Below are positions 10,901 to 19,688 of a DNA stretch of 64,000 nucleotides, one piece after another. The translations under genes and the position numbers were made by a program. The stretch is from a virus (taxonomy: Duplodnaviria; Caudoviricetes), in the IMG/VR virus record IMGVR_UViG_3300044695_006401; one strand, written 5' to 3'. Below the pieces are notes generated by a model. The model was not told the DNA's origin. It saw only the letters and a program-made list of their open reading frames with translations, and made no database searches. Numbering within the stretch: the first letter of the stretch is position 1; each line of letters starts with the position of its first letter.

Positions 10901-13043
10901 CTGAAGATCCGCTAGTCCCGTCTGTACCGCTCGTTCCATCGGTACCGCTAGAACCTGATGTTCCGTCTGTCCCTGAAGAACCTGAAGTTCCGCTAGTTCC
11001 ATCCGTACCTGAAGTTCCGCTAGTTCCATCCGTACCTGAAGATCCGCTAGACCCATCTGTTCCGCTAGTCCCTGAAGTTCCATCTGTACCATTAGTGCCT
11101 GATGTTCCGCTAGTCCCTGAAGTTCCATCTGTTCCGTTAGTTCCACTTGAACCATTTGTTCCATTCGTTCCGCTAGTACCATTCGTTCCGTTTGTACCTG
11201 ATGTTCCGTTTGTACCATTAGTTCCCGAAGTTCCGTTTGTACCACTTGAACCATTTGTTCCTGATGTACCGTTAGTTCCATTTGTGCCTGAGCTTCCGCT
11301 AGTACCATTTGTTCCACTAGAACCATCTGTACCATTTGTTCCCGAAGTTCCGTCTGTACCATCTACACCCGATAAACCACTAGTTCCGTTTGTACCTGAC
11401 GATCCATCGGTACCGTTTGTTCCGCTAGTTCCGCTAGTTCCATTCGTACCTGAAGACCCATTTGTACCGTTAGTTCCTGATGAACCATTAGTTCCATTTG
11501 TGCCCGATGATCCGTTAGTTCCATCAGTGCCGCTTGTACCATTGGTTCCGTTTGTTCCTGAAGTCCCATTAGTTCCATCATTACCACTCGTACCATCTGT
11601 ACCACTAGACCCATCTGTTCCACTAGTACCATCAGTACCGTTTGTTCCGCTACTTCCGCTTGTTCCGTTTGTACCTGAAGTACCATCAGTACCGTTTGTT
11701 CCTGAAGATCCGTTAGATCCGTTAGTTCCGTTTGTACCTGAGGTACCGTCAGTACCACTAGTCCCATTAGTACCAGATGTACCGTTTGTACCGGAAGTAC
11801 CATCAGATCCTGAAGTACCATTTGTTCCAGATGTTCCGTTAGTTCCATTAGTACCGCTAGTACCATTCGTTCCATTTGTTCCTGAAGACCCATTTGTGCC
11901 GTTAGTTCCTGATGATCCGTCTGTACCACTAGACCCATCAACACCACTTGTTCCATTTGTACCTGAAGACCCGTTAGTACCATTGGTACCACTACTTCCT
12001 GAAGTCCCATTTGTACCTGATGTACCATCGGACCCCGAAGACCCATTAGTCCCCGAAGTTCCACTCGTACCATTAACTCCCGAAATACCACTAGTACCAT
12101 CAGTACCATTTGTTCCTGATGTCCCACTTGACCCGTTAGCAGTTATTCCTGTAATAGAAACAACTCCATTGTCAGTTCTAAATAATTCAATTGTACTTGA
12201 CGCTGAATAGTATGTTCCTCCGGTCACATATATGTCTGTAAAACCAGTTAAAAACCCTGTTACATTGAATGTTCCTCCCGTATTATTTGTAAAAGTCGCA
12301 GTACCATTATTTGGGTCATAGGTACCACCTGTGACAACTATTTCAGGAGGTAAACCTAAATAAGTTGTTGCAGAAAAACTACCATTAACAGTCAAACCTG
12401 TAAAATCATTTACAGTTGTAGAGTAAGTCCCGCCTGTCACATCAAATATCGTAAATGTATTATTACCATATGTAAAAGCAGAAATACCACTTCCTTGACC
12501 ACCTGTTGTAAATTTTCTCCATGTCGAATTACTACCTCCACCATTATAACCTTCAACAGTATTTCCTGTCCAAGCATTTATAAAAGCAATACCCGCGGCA
12601 CTATTAGATTTTACAGTTGTACCAAATTCTGAAACAACTACAGTGGATCCACCAGGACCTGTTGCCCCTGTGGCATTATTCCATAATGTTTGGTAGTTTG
12701 GAATTTGAAATTGATATACTTCTTGTGTTTCTTGAACATAAGCCAACATACCTAATCTTCTTCTTCCTGAAGAGATGTTATCTGATCCAAGTGTTAATAC
12801 ATCAGGTGAAAATATAGACCCTGTTCCTTTTTGTAATTGAATAGGGATAGTATTACCTGATATTTCTATATATCCTGTTGAACCTGATGGTACGGTGAAA
12901 AATAAGTCACTTATATTGTATACCTCCATGTACCCACCAACTCCTAAAATACTGAAGTTTGTTCCATAGGTACTTGTTCTAGATACTGAACTTGCACCTA
13001 GTACATTTATTGGGGTTATTGGGTTTTTATATAATCCAGACAT
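4947..13043 (-). CDS. 2698-aa collagen-like fibre protein: N-terminal globular region, ~1290-aa G-X-Y repeat, internal C1q/BclA-like domain, ~800-aa repeat, C-terminal globular domain
   Basis: ORF track. Uninterrupted Gly-every-third repeats (GTS/GTN/GTD/GSS) at ~8275-12140 and ~5385-7790, with a beta-rich insert at ~7800-8260. Confidence 0.85.
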   Translation of the reverse strand: MSGLYKNPITPINVLGASSVSRTSTYGTNFSILGVGGYMEVYNISDLFFTVPSGSTGYIEISGNTIPIQLQKGTGSIFSPDVLTLGSDNISSGRRRLGMLAYVQETQEVYQFQIPNYQTLWNNATGATGPGGSTVVVSEFGTTVKSNSAAGIAFINAWTGNTVEGYNGGGSNSTWRKFTTGGQGSGISAFTYGNNTFTIFDVTGGTYSTTVNDFTGLTVNGSFSATTYLGLPPEIVVTGGTYDPNNGTATFTNNTGGTFNVTGFLTGFTDIYVTGGTYYSASSTIELFRTDNGVVSITGITANGSSGTSGTNGTDGTSGISGVNGTSGTSGTNGSSGSDGTSGTNGTSGSSGTNGTNGSSGTNGTSGVDGSSGTDGSSGTNGTNGSSGTNGTNGTSGTNGTNGTSGTNGTSGSDGTSGTNGTSGTNGTSGTDGTSGTNGTNGSNGSSGTNGTDGTSGTNGTSGSSGTNGTDGTSGTDGSSGTDGTSGNDGTNGTSGTNGTNGTSGTDGTNGSSGTNGTNGSSGTNGTNGSSGTNGTSGTSGTNGTDGSSGTNGTSGLSGVDGTDGTSGTNGTDGSSGTNGTSGSSGTNGTNGTSGTNGSSGTNGTSGTNGTNGTSGTNGTNGTSGTNGTNGSSGTNGTDGTSGTSGTSGTNGTDGTSGTSGTDGSSGSSGTDGTSGTSGTDGTSGTSGSSGTDGTSGSSGTDGTSGTDGTSGSSGTNGTNGTSGSSGTNGTSGSSGTSGTDGTNGSSGTDGTSGSSGTDGTSGTSGTDGTNGTSGSSGTDGTSGSSGTNGTDGTSGSSGTNGTDGTSGTDGTSGTDGTSGTDGTSGTDGTNGTSGSSGTDGTSGTSGSSGTDGTSGTSGSSGTSGSSGTSGSSGTDGTSGTSGSSGTDGTSGTSGSSGTDGTSGTSGSSGTSGSSGTDGTSGTSGSSGSSGTDGTSGTSGSSGTDGTSGTSGSSGTDGTSGTSGSSGTDGTSGTNGTSGTDGTSGSNGTNGTSGTNGTSGTNGTNGTSGTNGTSGTNGTSGTNGTNGTSGTNGTNGTSGTNGTSGTNGTSGTNGTNGTSGTNGTSGTNGTSGTNGTNGTSGTNGTNGTSGTNGTSGTNGTNGTSGTNGTSGTNGTSGTNGTNGTSGTNGTSGTNGTNGTNGTSGTNGTSGTNGTSGTNGTNGTSGTNGTNGTNGANGTSGTNGTDGTSGTDGTSGTNGTDGTDGTSGTNGTDGTSGTNGTDGTSGTNGTDGSSGTDGTSGTNGTDGTSGTNGTDGTSGTDGTSGTDGTSGTDGTSGTNGTNGTNGTDGTSGTDGSSGTNGTNGTSGTNGTNGTSGTNGTNGTSGTNGTDGTSGTDGTNGTSGTDGTSGTNGTDGTSGSDGTSGTNGTDGSSGTNGTSGTNGTDGTSGTNGTDGSSGTNGTSGTNGTDGTSGTNGTSGTNGTNGTSGTNGTSGTNGTNGTSGTNGTSGTNGTNGTSGTNGTNGTSGTNGTSGTNGTNGSSGTNGTSGTNGTNGTSGTNGSSGTNGTSGTNGTNGTSGTNGTSGTSGTNGTSGTNGTSGTNGTNGTNGTSGTNGTNGTSGTNGTSGTNGTNGTSGTNGTNGTSGTNGTSGSSGAGVANYYAQYSSSLTQQVSGANTPTVVTYNTVEIENGISVVSGSRVTVQYSGIYEFSFSPQVEKNQGGAAVDVDFFVRKNGTNIIRTDSILGLVSNSVKQLPFVSIVADLQQNDYLELVFASTSEDVQLTAEAAQTSPYIAPAAPSIIVTIKNIGVAAVAYTSTSGTNGTNGSSGTSGTNGTNGTSGTNGTSGTNGTSGTNGTNGTSGTNGTSGTNGTNGTSGTNGTNGTSGTNGTNGTNGTSGTNGTSGTNGTSGTNGTSGTNGTNGTNGTSGTNGTNGTSGTNGTNGTSGTNGTSGTNGTNGTSGTNGTNGTSGTNGTSGTNGTSGTNGTNGTSGTNGTSGTNGTNGTSGTNGTSGTNGTSGTNGTNGTSGTNGTNGTSGTNGTSGTNGTNGTSGTNGTNGTSGTNGTNGTSGTNGTNGTSGTNGTSGTNGTSGTNGTNGTSGTNGTNGTSGTNGTSGTNGTSGTNGTNGTSGTNGTSGTNGTSGTNGTNGTSGTNGTSGTNGTSGTNGTNGTSGTNGTSGTNGTNGTSGTNGTNGTSGTNGTSGTNGTNGTSGTNGTSGTNGTSGTNGTSGTNGTNGTSGTNGTNGTSGTNGTSGTNGTSGTNGTNGTSGTNGTNGSSGTNGTSGTNGTNGTSGTNGTSGTNGSSGTNGTNGTSGTNGTNGTSGTNGTNGTSGTNGTSGTNGTNGTSGTNGTSGTNGTNGTSGTNGTSGTNGTNGTSGTNGTSGTNGTSGTNGTNGTSGTNGTSGTNGTNGTSGTNGTNGTSGTNGTSGTNGTSGTNGTNGTSGTNGTSGTNGTNGTSGTNGTNGTNGTSGTNGTSGTNGTNGTSGTNGTNGTNGTSGTNGTSGTNGTNGTSGTNGTNGTSGTNGTSGTNGTNGTSGTNGTSGTNGTSGTNGTSGTNGTNGTSGTNGTSGTNGTNGTSGTNGTSGTNGTSGTNGTSGTNGTSGTNGTSGTNGTNGTSGTTPIVPGADNEVLTSDGSGNIVAESGFTYNGSDGTLTLNSTHSLVNTTSLTNISSGQVVESYGTDIGCGAIFEYCVTENGGAKRIGQVYAVWNNTNGDGTDVSSPDLGGSTANFVWKVQVSGGSVELACAIGGGTWTILVSTRIIF

Positions 13044-13061
13044 TAATTGTAAACATTAAAA

Positions 13062-14225
13062 TTATGGTTGGGTGTCGTTCCCTCTAAAATAAATATTTGT
13101 TGAATCAAGTATTTTGAATATTTGGTAAGGGAATGTGGTATATACTTTATACGTATCTGCAGGAATTGTCGAACCAGTATACACCAAGTCATATTGGTAA
13201 ATCGTTGGTTCAGTATTAACTCCTGTAAATAAATTAGCATCACCCGTAGTGTTTATGTCAATTTTAACTTGGTATTCGTCGTTAGTTGCACTAAATGGTA
13301 TCAACCATGTATACCAAGCCTGTCCGTTCACTGTCCCGGCAGGTACTTCTGTTGTTAAGAAGTTGTAAGCGTATATAGGGTTACCAAAACTATCCAAACC
13401 TCCACTTACTTGTGGTACAGTTTGAGTAATTATTGATGGGAATTGAGAGTTAGTCCACCCTGCGTAATCAACATATAAGTTCATATCGATATCGAATTGA
13501 GCTTGATTTTGTGTTGGTTGCGAAGAGTTAGAGAATCCAAAGAAGTTAGATCCGCTGTTATACATCCATGTACCAATGTCTTCTGATCCATCTATAGGTT
13601 CTATGAATAAGTATGCAAATGTATTCAAGAACGGAGTAGGTGTTGGAGTAGGTGTTGCAGTTGGTGTTGGTGTAGGTGTTTCTGTTGGTGTTGCAGTCGG
13701 CGTTGTTGTCGGTGTTGGGGTTACGGTTGGTGTCGGTGTTATAGTTGGTGTTGGTGTTGCAGTTGGTGTTGATGTCGGAGTTGCGGTTGGCGTTGCAGTC
13801 GGTGTTGGTGACATTGTTGGTGTCGGAGTTGGTGTAGGAGTTGGATCCAATGTAACAGGTGGAGGTGCCGGAAAACAACAAAAATCACTATCCACAATTG
13901 ATTCCAAAATAGATATAAATAAAACATCTCTTAAAGGTAGAATTACAGTTCCTTGAGTTGTTTGGATACTAAATTCTCCTTTAAACCTACCTATTTTACT
14001 TGTATTTTTTTCTGTGAATTGATAATATATAGAATTTCTTTCAGATGAGTAAGAACACAAAGCATTTGCAATACGATATACACCTGTGTCAACATCTATC
14101 ATGGAAAAATAGATGGTACTCCCCGTTAAGTTATTATAAGGGTAGTTATAATCTAATTTTCCGTCTTTGATGAGGTCTATTTCAAGGTATGGTAGAGTGC
14201 TCTTTTTGCGAATAAAAAATTCCAT
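13062..14225 (-). CDS. Putative baseplate/tail protein with BppU-like N-terminus and Pro/Thr linker
   Basis: N-terminus [13 protein letters not shown]...GSTIYFSM...[21 protein letters not shown] resembles BppU-type N-terminal domains. It carries a long PTPTPT linker and lies next to the fibre genes. Confidence 0.55.
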   Translation of the reverse strand: MEFFIRKKSTLPYLEIDLIKDGKLDYNYPYNNLTGSTIYFSMIDVDTGVYRIANALCSYSSERNSIYYQFTEKNTSKIGRFKGEFSIQTTQGTVILPLRDVLFISILESIVDSDFCCFPAPPPVTLDPTPTPTPTPTMSPTPTATPTATPTSTPTATPTPTITPTPTVTPTPTTTPTATPTETPTPTPTATPTPTPTPFLNTFAYLFIEPIDGSEDIGTWMYNSGSNFFGFSNSSQPTQNQAQFDIDMNLYVDYAGWTNSQFPSIITQTVPQVSGGLDSFGNPIYAYNFLTTEVPAGTVNGQAWYTWLIPFSATNDEYQVKIDINTTGDANLFTGVNTEPTIYQYDLVYTGSTIPADTYKVYTTFPYQIFKILDSTNIYFRGNDTQP

Positions 14226-14240
14226 ACAGATAAATACCTC

Positions 14241-14276
14241 AAAAAAGAAAAGGTGTTCTCTACGAACACCTTTCTT
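14241..14276 (-). terminator. Intrinsic terminator
   Basis: AAGAAAAGGTGTTC-tctac-GAACACCTTTCTT hairpin with an A-run (U-run on the minus strand). Confidence 0.7.
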
Positions 14277-14376
14277 AGATTTAGAACACCCCCCTTTTCT
14301 TTAAAGGTTTATGAAAACTCAAACTACTTGTGTTTTCAGATTTTGTTGGATATACCGCCAACAACTTCGGTATGTC

Positions 14377-16077
14377 TTATAGTCTTGTCATAATTTCGTG
14401 AAATTCTTCATTAACTATAGTTTTATTATAACCAAAATCGATCAATTTACTCTTTTCTTCAATAAGTGATTTTTTGATTGTTTTTGAGTGACTATTTTCA
14501 ACAATAAAACTCAAACGATTGCGAATGATTTTTGATTCATTCGATGAATCTTGTTTTCTTTGTTTGTGCTCTAACACAACTTTAGAAATGGTTTTAGAAA
14601 GTTCCATAACTTTTTTATTATAAATATCTTCTTTATTGTAATGTTCAGGTAAAATTAATTGGAAATCTAAAAATTGTCCTACAGGATTTCTCATTAGTAG
14701 TATGTTTTTTTCGCCGATTTTCCTTCTAAAACCTTTCACATCCTTATATTTGTTCCAACAAAATTGTAATTGATTTTTAACAGATTTTAATTGTTCATTA
14801 TTTTTTAGATCTGAAAAATTTATTTCTTTTTCAGTATCTAATAAACTAAGGTTTGTTGGGAATTTACCAGTTTGGTGCATCACTTTCAAATCTTCGCCAT
14901 ATTCTGAAAGTTTTTGAAGGCAATCTTCTTCTAAAGTTTTTGGTGTGGATTTATCTTTATACCCTCCTCTATTATCGGATGGTACAAACATATTACGATA
15001 CCAATCAGTATTGAATGATTTTTTAGAAAGATCAGATTTATTAAATTCTACAGTTTCAGTTTCTGACTTTTTGAGTTGCTTATTAGGTGATAAAATCAAA
15101 TTAACTATTTCGTTATCTTCATCAATATCTAATTCATCTATTTTTAAAAAAAAGTAACGACTATCACCATGAGATAGAGTTGCCGTTAAAACATAAACAC
15201 CATAATTTATATCCTCAATTAAAAAATCACCATTTTTGTCACTTTTACCTATTTTAACATCGTCTTTATTATCTTTTCTAACTAATTTCACACTTACATT
15301 TGGTAGTGTTCCTTCAAATGTTCTCGAAAGGTTATTTGACTTCCTATCCTCGGGTTTTTCTTTATAAACAATTGTGGATTTGAAATTTGTTACTCCTTTT
15401 AAATTTGCGGACTTTCTTACATTAAAAGTCAAACTATCGTTTTTTACAGGATTTACACTTATTTCAGAATCAAAAATATTTTTAATTACGGTTCCATCAG
15501 ATAGGGTAACACCTATTACAATATCATTTTGTTTAAATGTTCCTTTTATTTCTTTACCTGTAGATAGTGATTTATATGTCCCGACGCCATCAATCATTCC
15601 GTTTTTGAACTCGCCCTTATAGGTGTCTTTACTGTCTAAAAATATGATCGTACCTTTACCACCTATTTTACCATCTATAAATTCACCAGCGTATTTCCAA
15701 TTATTAGTAAAAAAATTATAATCTTTTGAATCCGTTAAAGTTCCATACTGAAATTTATTTGCTTTTGAGTTGTCTCCTTTAAATGGTCTTGGCGTCGATA
15801 GTGGTGTAGAGTCACTGTAATATTCTCCATTGAAGGTTCCTCTGTCCCCAGTTTCCGATTCCATTGTACGAATCAATTTATAACTATCGAAACAAGCCTT
15901 TACCTTAATATTTTTACCATCAATTACACCATCAAATTCTGCATAACCAAATTCGGGAGGTGTTGATAGTGGACCTAAAGAATATAAATTTACAAAAGGA
16001 CTTGGGTCTCCACATCCTTTCCATTTGGATCTGTTCTGATCTAATGTTCTTTTAATTATGACGGTTTCAAAATCCAT
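14377..16077 (-). CDS. Hypothetical protein with MORN repeats and a carboxypeptidase-regulatory-like (transthyretin-fold) domain
   Basis: YAGEFIDGKIGGKGT / YKGEFKNGMIDGVGTY are MORN-like. LPNVSVKL...KSDKNGDFLIEDINYGVYVLTAT is CarboxypepD_reg-like. Confidence 0.6.
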   Translation of the reverse strand: MDFETVIIKRTLDQNRSKWKGCGDPSPFVNLYSLGPLSTPPEFGYAEFDGVIDGKNIKVKACFDSYKLIRTMESETGDRGTFNGEYYSDSTPLSTPRPFKGDNSKANKFQYGTLTDSKDYNFFTNNWKYAGEFIDGKIGGKGTIIFLDSKDTYKGEFKNGMIDGVGTYKSLSTGKEIKGTFKQNDIVIGVTLSDGTVIKNIFDSEISVNPVKNDSLTFNVRKSANLKGVTNFKSTIVYKEKPEDRKSNNLSRTFEGTLPNVSVKLVRKDNKDDVKIGKSDKNGDFLIEDINYGVYVLTATLSHGDSRYFFLKIDELDIDEDNEIVNLILSPNKQLKKSETETVEFNKSDLSKKSFNTDWYRNMFVPSDNRGGYKDKSTPKTLEEDCLQKLSEYGEDLKVMHQTGKFPTNLSLLDTEKEINFSDLKNNEQLKSVKNQLQFCWNKYKDVKGFRRKIGEKNILLMRNPVGQFLDFQLILPEHYNKEDIYNKKVMELSKTISKVVLEHKQRKQDSSNESKIIRNRLSFIVENSHSKTIKKSLIEEKSKLIDFGYNKTIVNEEFHEIMTRL

Positions 16078-16100
16078 ATCAACTAATAAATACTTTGAAA

Positions 16101-16970
16101 TTAAAACTTGTAACGAATTCCGAACTTACCGTCAAATTTTCTGTCACACTCAGATAGAATATGGTCTACTACTTTTTGGTGGTCCTCTTGTATACTATTG
16201 TCATTTTTAACCAAGTATAATGATCGACAAAAACCTCTATTAACTCTAATTTTTGGGGAATTAGATTTCAATTCATCAAAAAATAAAGAGGTTGGTTTCA
16301 GTTTGTAAATTTTGATTTTGTCATTGAAAGCTGAGTTTATTTCACTTTCAGTATAAAAGTCTTTAAAGAACTGAAATGGGGGTATTGTAGTCCACCCATT
16401 TTCCATTTTTTCTTTTACCTTACCTTTGATTTTAATCGGTAACCTATTAACACCATTAAGTTCATTCACTTTTAGTGTTTCTATTGCTTTTTGTTCTTTT
16501 TTTTTTAAACCGTCTTCAGGTTTTTCTCTTGGTTCATCTTCCTCTTTTGACTTTCTCTCGATTTTTTTTAAATCCATATTTGAAAGTTCTTTTTTGTTAA
16601 ATGATCCTTTTACTAAAAACCAGTTACCGTCGGCAGGTCTTGAAACAGACCAAATTTCCATTTCTCCTCTTGATTCTCTTAAAGATTGTAAAACCTTAAC
16701 TAAACCAACAAGTTCGACAGATTCGGTCAAATGTGCTAAATCCTTTGTAAACATAATTTTAACAACATCTTCATGCGTGTCAACCACTGCTCTTACAAAT
16801 GAGTCGTCCTCATCATATTTTTTTCTGTAATGGTTTATTCTATCCATCACATCTTCCATGTTAATTTTCACATCTTTGTATTCACCTTTTTCTTCATCAT
16901 ACGATTTAAATTTGAAAGTGTCCTTCCAGTGTTTAAAATTATCTTCGTCGAATCTTTTTCCTGTTTCCAT
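16101..16970 (-). CDS. Hypothetical protein
   Basis: 289-aa ORF packed between its neighbours. Confidence 0.7.
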   Translation of the reverse strand: METGKRFDEDNFKHWKDTFKFKSYDEEKGEYKDVKINMEDVMDRINHYRKKYDEDDSFVRAVVDTHEDVVKIMFTKDLAHLTESVELVGLVKVLQSLRESRGEMEIWSVSRPADGNWFLVKGSFNKKELSNMDLKKIERKSKEEDEPREKPEDGLKKKEQKAIETLKVNELNGVNRLPIKIKGKVKEKMENGWTTIPPFQFFKDFYTESEINSAFNDKIKIYKLKPTSLFFDELKSNSPKIRVNRGFCRSLYLVKNDNSIQEDHQKVVDHILSECDRKFDGKFGIRYKF

Positions 16971-16974
16971 GTTA

Positions 16975-19647
16975 TTATTTTTTGTAATATGTATCTATAA
17001 AGTCTTTTATTGTGTTGTAAGTTCTTTCCGTATTCAAGTCTAAATTATTAAATTCAGGAGTAACCCACATAATTTCTTGTCCTTTAGGGAAACTATTATA
17101 AACACTTTCTGGTAATGAGTAGATATCTCTTTTTTGTAGAACTACTAAGTATTGTACATTATCACCATTTAAGACTATAGACCCTAAATCCACCCCTCGT
17201 GGGATTGATACTGATGTTATATCAATATTTGACACACCAAATATTGTGTTCATTTTTGTCAACAATTCACCCGCATTACCAGCGGCAACCATTTCTTTTT
17301 GTTTTTGTTTTACCATATTTAAGTAATCCTTGGGTAACTTTGGAACATATTTCATATTGTTTTTTACAAATTCTCCTTGTTCTTTATCGATAATTCCCTC
17401 TTTTACTAAGTCGTCTACTCGATTTTTAAAAATCGGTAGAGCAATTTGTTGAGTCTTAATTATTTGATCATAACCAACTTCTTCAACTCTCTCCTCCAAA
17501 CGATTGTTAGTCTTTTCAATTATCTTATCATTTTTCTTAATTATTTCTTGATTAGATTTCTCTCCTACTGCCGCTTTAGTTGCATCCACAATATTGTCAT
17601 ACTCACCAGGGTTGTCTTTATAATAACTAAGCCTGTTATAAAGTTGAATTATCGTGTTGTCCGCAAATCCTGGAACTGCGATTTGTAGTACGTCGGTCCA
17701 TTCATTACCTCCAGGTATTTTACCCATATATTGCTCAAACCCAAATTCTACAATTGACTTACCTGATATAAAATCGATATATTCGGGTAACCAGTAAGCC
17801 TCAAATAAATTTTTATCCTTGGTGTCCATCCCAACTACATTTCTCGCCTTTTGGAATGCGTCAAAAATAGCAGAGAGTAATCCGGCAACAAACGGAACTA
17901 AAATATATCTTAAACCAATAGTTTTTAATGTGTTGTAATAAATCGTCCTTCCTCTATATCCCTTTGTTGCCAATAATCTCTCAACCTCTCTAGGTGTCTT
18001 CCAAGATCCTGTCGTAAACCATGACAGTACTTTACTGTTCATAATAAACTCACCCATTTTGTCCTTAATAACTGTGGTAACTTCATTATTTTTTACGGTT
18101 TTGGACATGTCTTCGAATTTTTTACTAGTTTCTTCTGACATTTTTTTAAAGTCCATACCACCCTCATCGACAGATGCTTTATTAAAAAGGTCTCTAATAG
18201 ATGCTGATCTAAAACCCGGAGGTTGTTCATCAACCACTTTACAAAAACTTTGGAATGACTCTATATCTTGTTGGGTTGTAAGTTTCTTAACCGCGTTTTC
18301 TTTGAAAGCCTTCCACAAATCTTCTACAAAAAGTTCTCGACTATATTTTGCCGGATCCAAAATAATTTCAGATCGTAGTTTTAGTAATCTATCTTTTATT
18401 TTAAAAAGATAATATGGATCTAACTTTGTTGGGTTTTCACTAACATTTCTATATGCTGCCAATCCCTCTCCGAACGCCTTTTCAAATTCTTTAGCATATG
18501 TTTCAAATTTAGGTTTCAAGGTACTATTGATTACTGCATCAACTAATACTTCAAAATTTGCAACCCACCATCTAAATAATGGTCTAAAATATTTAACATA
18601 CCATGAATCAAAATTTACATTTTTCGCACTCAAAATTTTAAATGTGTTTCCTAATTCTTCCAATCTTTCTGATCTAATTACAAATTCAAGGGAGTCATCA
18701 AGATTTACATCAATCCCCTTTTTGAAATCATCAACATCTTTTATAAATTGTTTTTGTTGGTCGTTTAATTCATCCTGATTTTTTTGTAATAATTCTTCGT
18801 ATTTGCTTAAAAACTTTGCATCAACTCCTTGTCCACCAATGCTTTTAATAACCTCATCAGCGTTTAAACCTAAAGGGGCGTCCCCATATTTTACAGTTTT
18901 TGTTCTTTTTGGATAGTTGAATACTTGTTTGTTTTCAACCATATCATCTAGTAACTGTTTTGTTTTTGAAAAATTTCTTAAGAATTCTGATGTTTGTTGA
19001 AAAAGCAAGTTTGGATCCACTATCGACGGGTCAATTTTTCCCGTTTTTACATTGTGTTTAATTATGTAATTAATGTTATCGTCGATCAAATCAAATACTT
19101 CGTCAACATTATTTAACTTTTGTCCTGATGTGGATATTCCATATATCGCCTCGTAAAAAGTTTCATCTAATAGCGTATATAAACGATTCATTGGATGGTT
19201 TCTGTTACGAAGTAATGCTTTTACGGCATCTTCTGATATTTTCTTTATTTGATCGGGATTAAGTTTAATTTTGGAAAGTCCCGCCAATGATGTATTCGGA
19301 ACGGCATCGTCAGGGAATTTATTTGCCAAATCAGATAAAAAATCATCTGTAGTAGAAAGTATTTTTCTCACTTCGATGTCATTTCTTAAAACTTTCATCA
19401 GATTTTCAATTTCATCATCAGTAAGACCACCAGCTTCAATTAGTTTGAGTTGTATTTCATCTAATTCCGAATCAGTTATTTTAACGCCCTTTTGTCTTAC
19501 AGACTTTAATATTGTCATAAAACTATCAAACGATCTAGGTGCTTTGATTGCTAAAGTTTTTAACCAAGTTCCTTGTTCAACAATTAGTTTTTGAACACCC
19601 ATGAGTTCCTGTATTCTCGATATTTCAGATATGAGTTCTTTTTTCAT
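16975..19647 (-). CDS. Large helical hypothetical protein with xE leader (MKKELISEISRIQELMGVQKLIVEQ)
   Basis: 890-aa ORF with leader motif; TATTTAT 5 nt upstream of the ATG. Confidence 0.75.
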   Translation of the reverse strand: MKKELISEISRIQELMGVQKLIVEQGTWLKTLAIKAPRSFDSFMTILKSVRQKGVKITDSELDEIQLKLIEAGGLTDDEIENLMKVLRNDIEVRKILSTTDDFLSDLANKFPDDAVPNTSLAGLSKIKLNPDQIKKISEDAVKALLRNRNHPMNRLYTLLDETFYEAIYGISTSGQKLNNVDEVFDLIDDNINYIIKHNVKTGKIDPSIVDPNLLFQQTSEFLRNFSKTKQLLDDMVENKQVFNYPKRTKTVKYGDAPLGLNADEVIKSIGGQGVDAKFLSKYEELLQKNQDELNDQQKQFIKDVDDFKKGIDVNLDDSLEFVIRSERLEELGNTFKILSAKNVNFDSWYVKYFRPLFRWWVANFEVLVDAVINSTLKPKFETYAKEFEKAFGEGLAAYRNVSENPTKLDPYYLFKIKDRLLKLRSEIILDPAKYSRELFVEDLWKAFKENAVKKLTTQQDIESFQSFCKVVDEQPPGFRSASIRDLFNKASVDEGGMDFKKMSEETSKKFEDMSKTVKNNEVTTVIKDKMGEFIMNSKVLSWFTTGSWKTPREVERLLATKGYRGRTIYYNTLKTIGLRYILVPFVAGLLSAIFDAFQKARNVVGMDTKDKNLFEAYWLPEYIDFISGKSIVEFGFEQYMGKIPGGNEWTDVLQIAVPGFADNTIIQLYNRLSYYKDNPGEYDNIVDATKAAVGEKSNQEIIKKNDKIIEKTNNRLEERVEEVGYDQIIKTQQIALPIFKNRVDDLVKEGIIDKEQGEFVKNNMKYVPKLPKDYLNMVKQKQKEMVAAGNAGELLTKMNTIFGVSNIDITSVSIPRGVDLGSIVLNGDNVQYLVVLQKRDIYSLPESVYNSFPKGQEIMWVTPEFNNLDLNTERTYNTIKDFIDTYYKK

Positions 19648-19688
19648 TTTATATAAATATACCCTAATTATTTAAATAATATAGTTTA

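Noticed and set aside
5375-12127. Minus-strand MEL/MVQ/TEL ORFs (5375-7804, 8228-11362, 11363-12127)
   Set aside because: Same-strand off-frame shadows confined to the repeat tracts; no start context or unique domains.
5385-12140. Hundreds of N-G-T/S N-glycosylation sequons; possible CRISPR-like or ice-nucleation repeat
   Set aside because: Sequons are an automatic by-product of GTN-GT repeats. There is no constant repeat/unique spacer structure, and periodicity is 3, not the 8/16/48 of InaZ-type proteins.
180-12210. Long plus-strand VP/LVP/FVP ORFs (180-4610, 5359-7791, 8419-12210)
   Set aside because: Antisense shadows of the Gly-Thr-X repeat: the codon pattern leaves this frame stop-free and the ORFs end where the repeats end.
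13558-13956. GV- and TN-repeat ORFs
   Set aside because: Shadow frames of the Pro/Thr linker.
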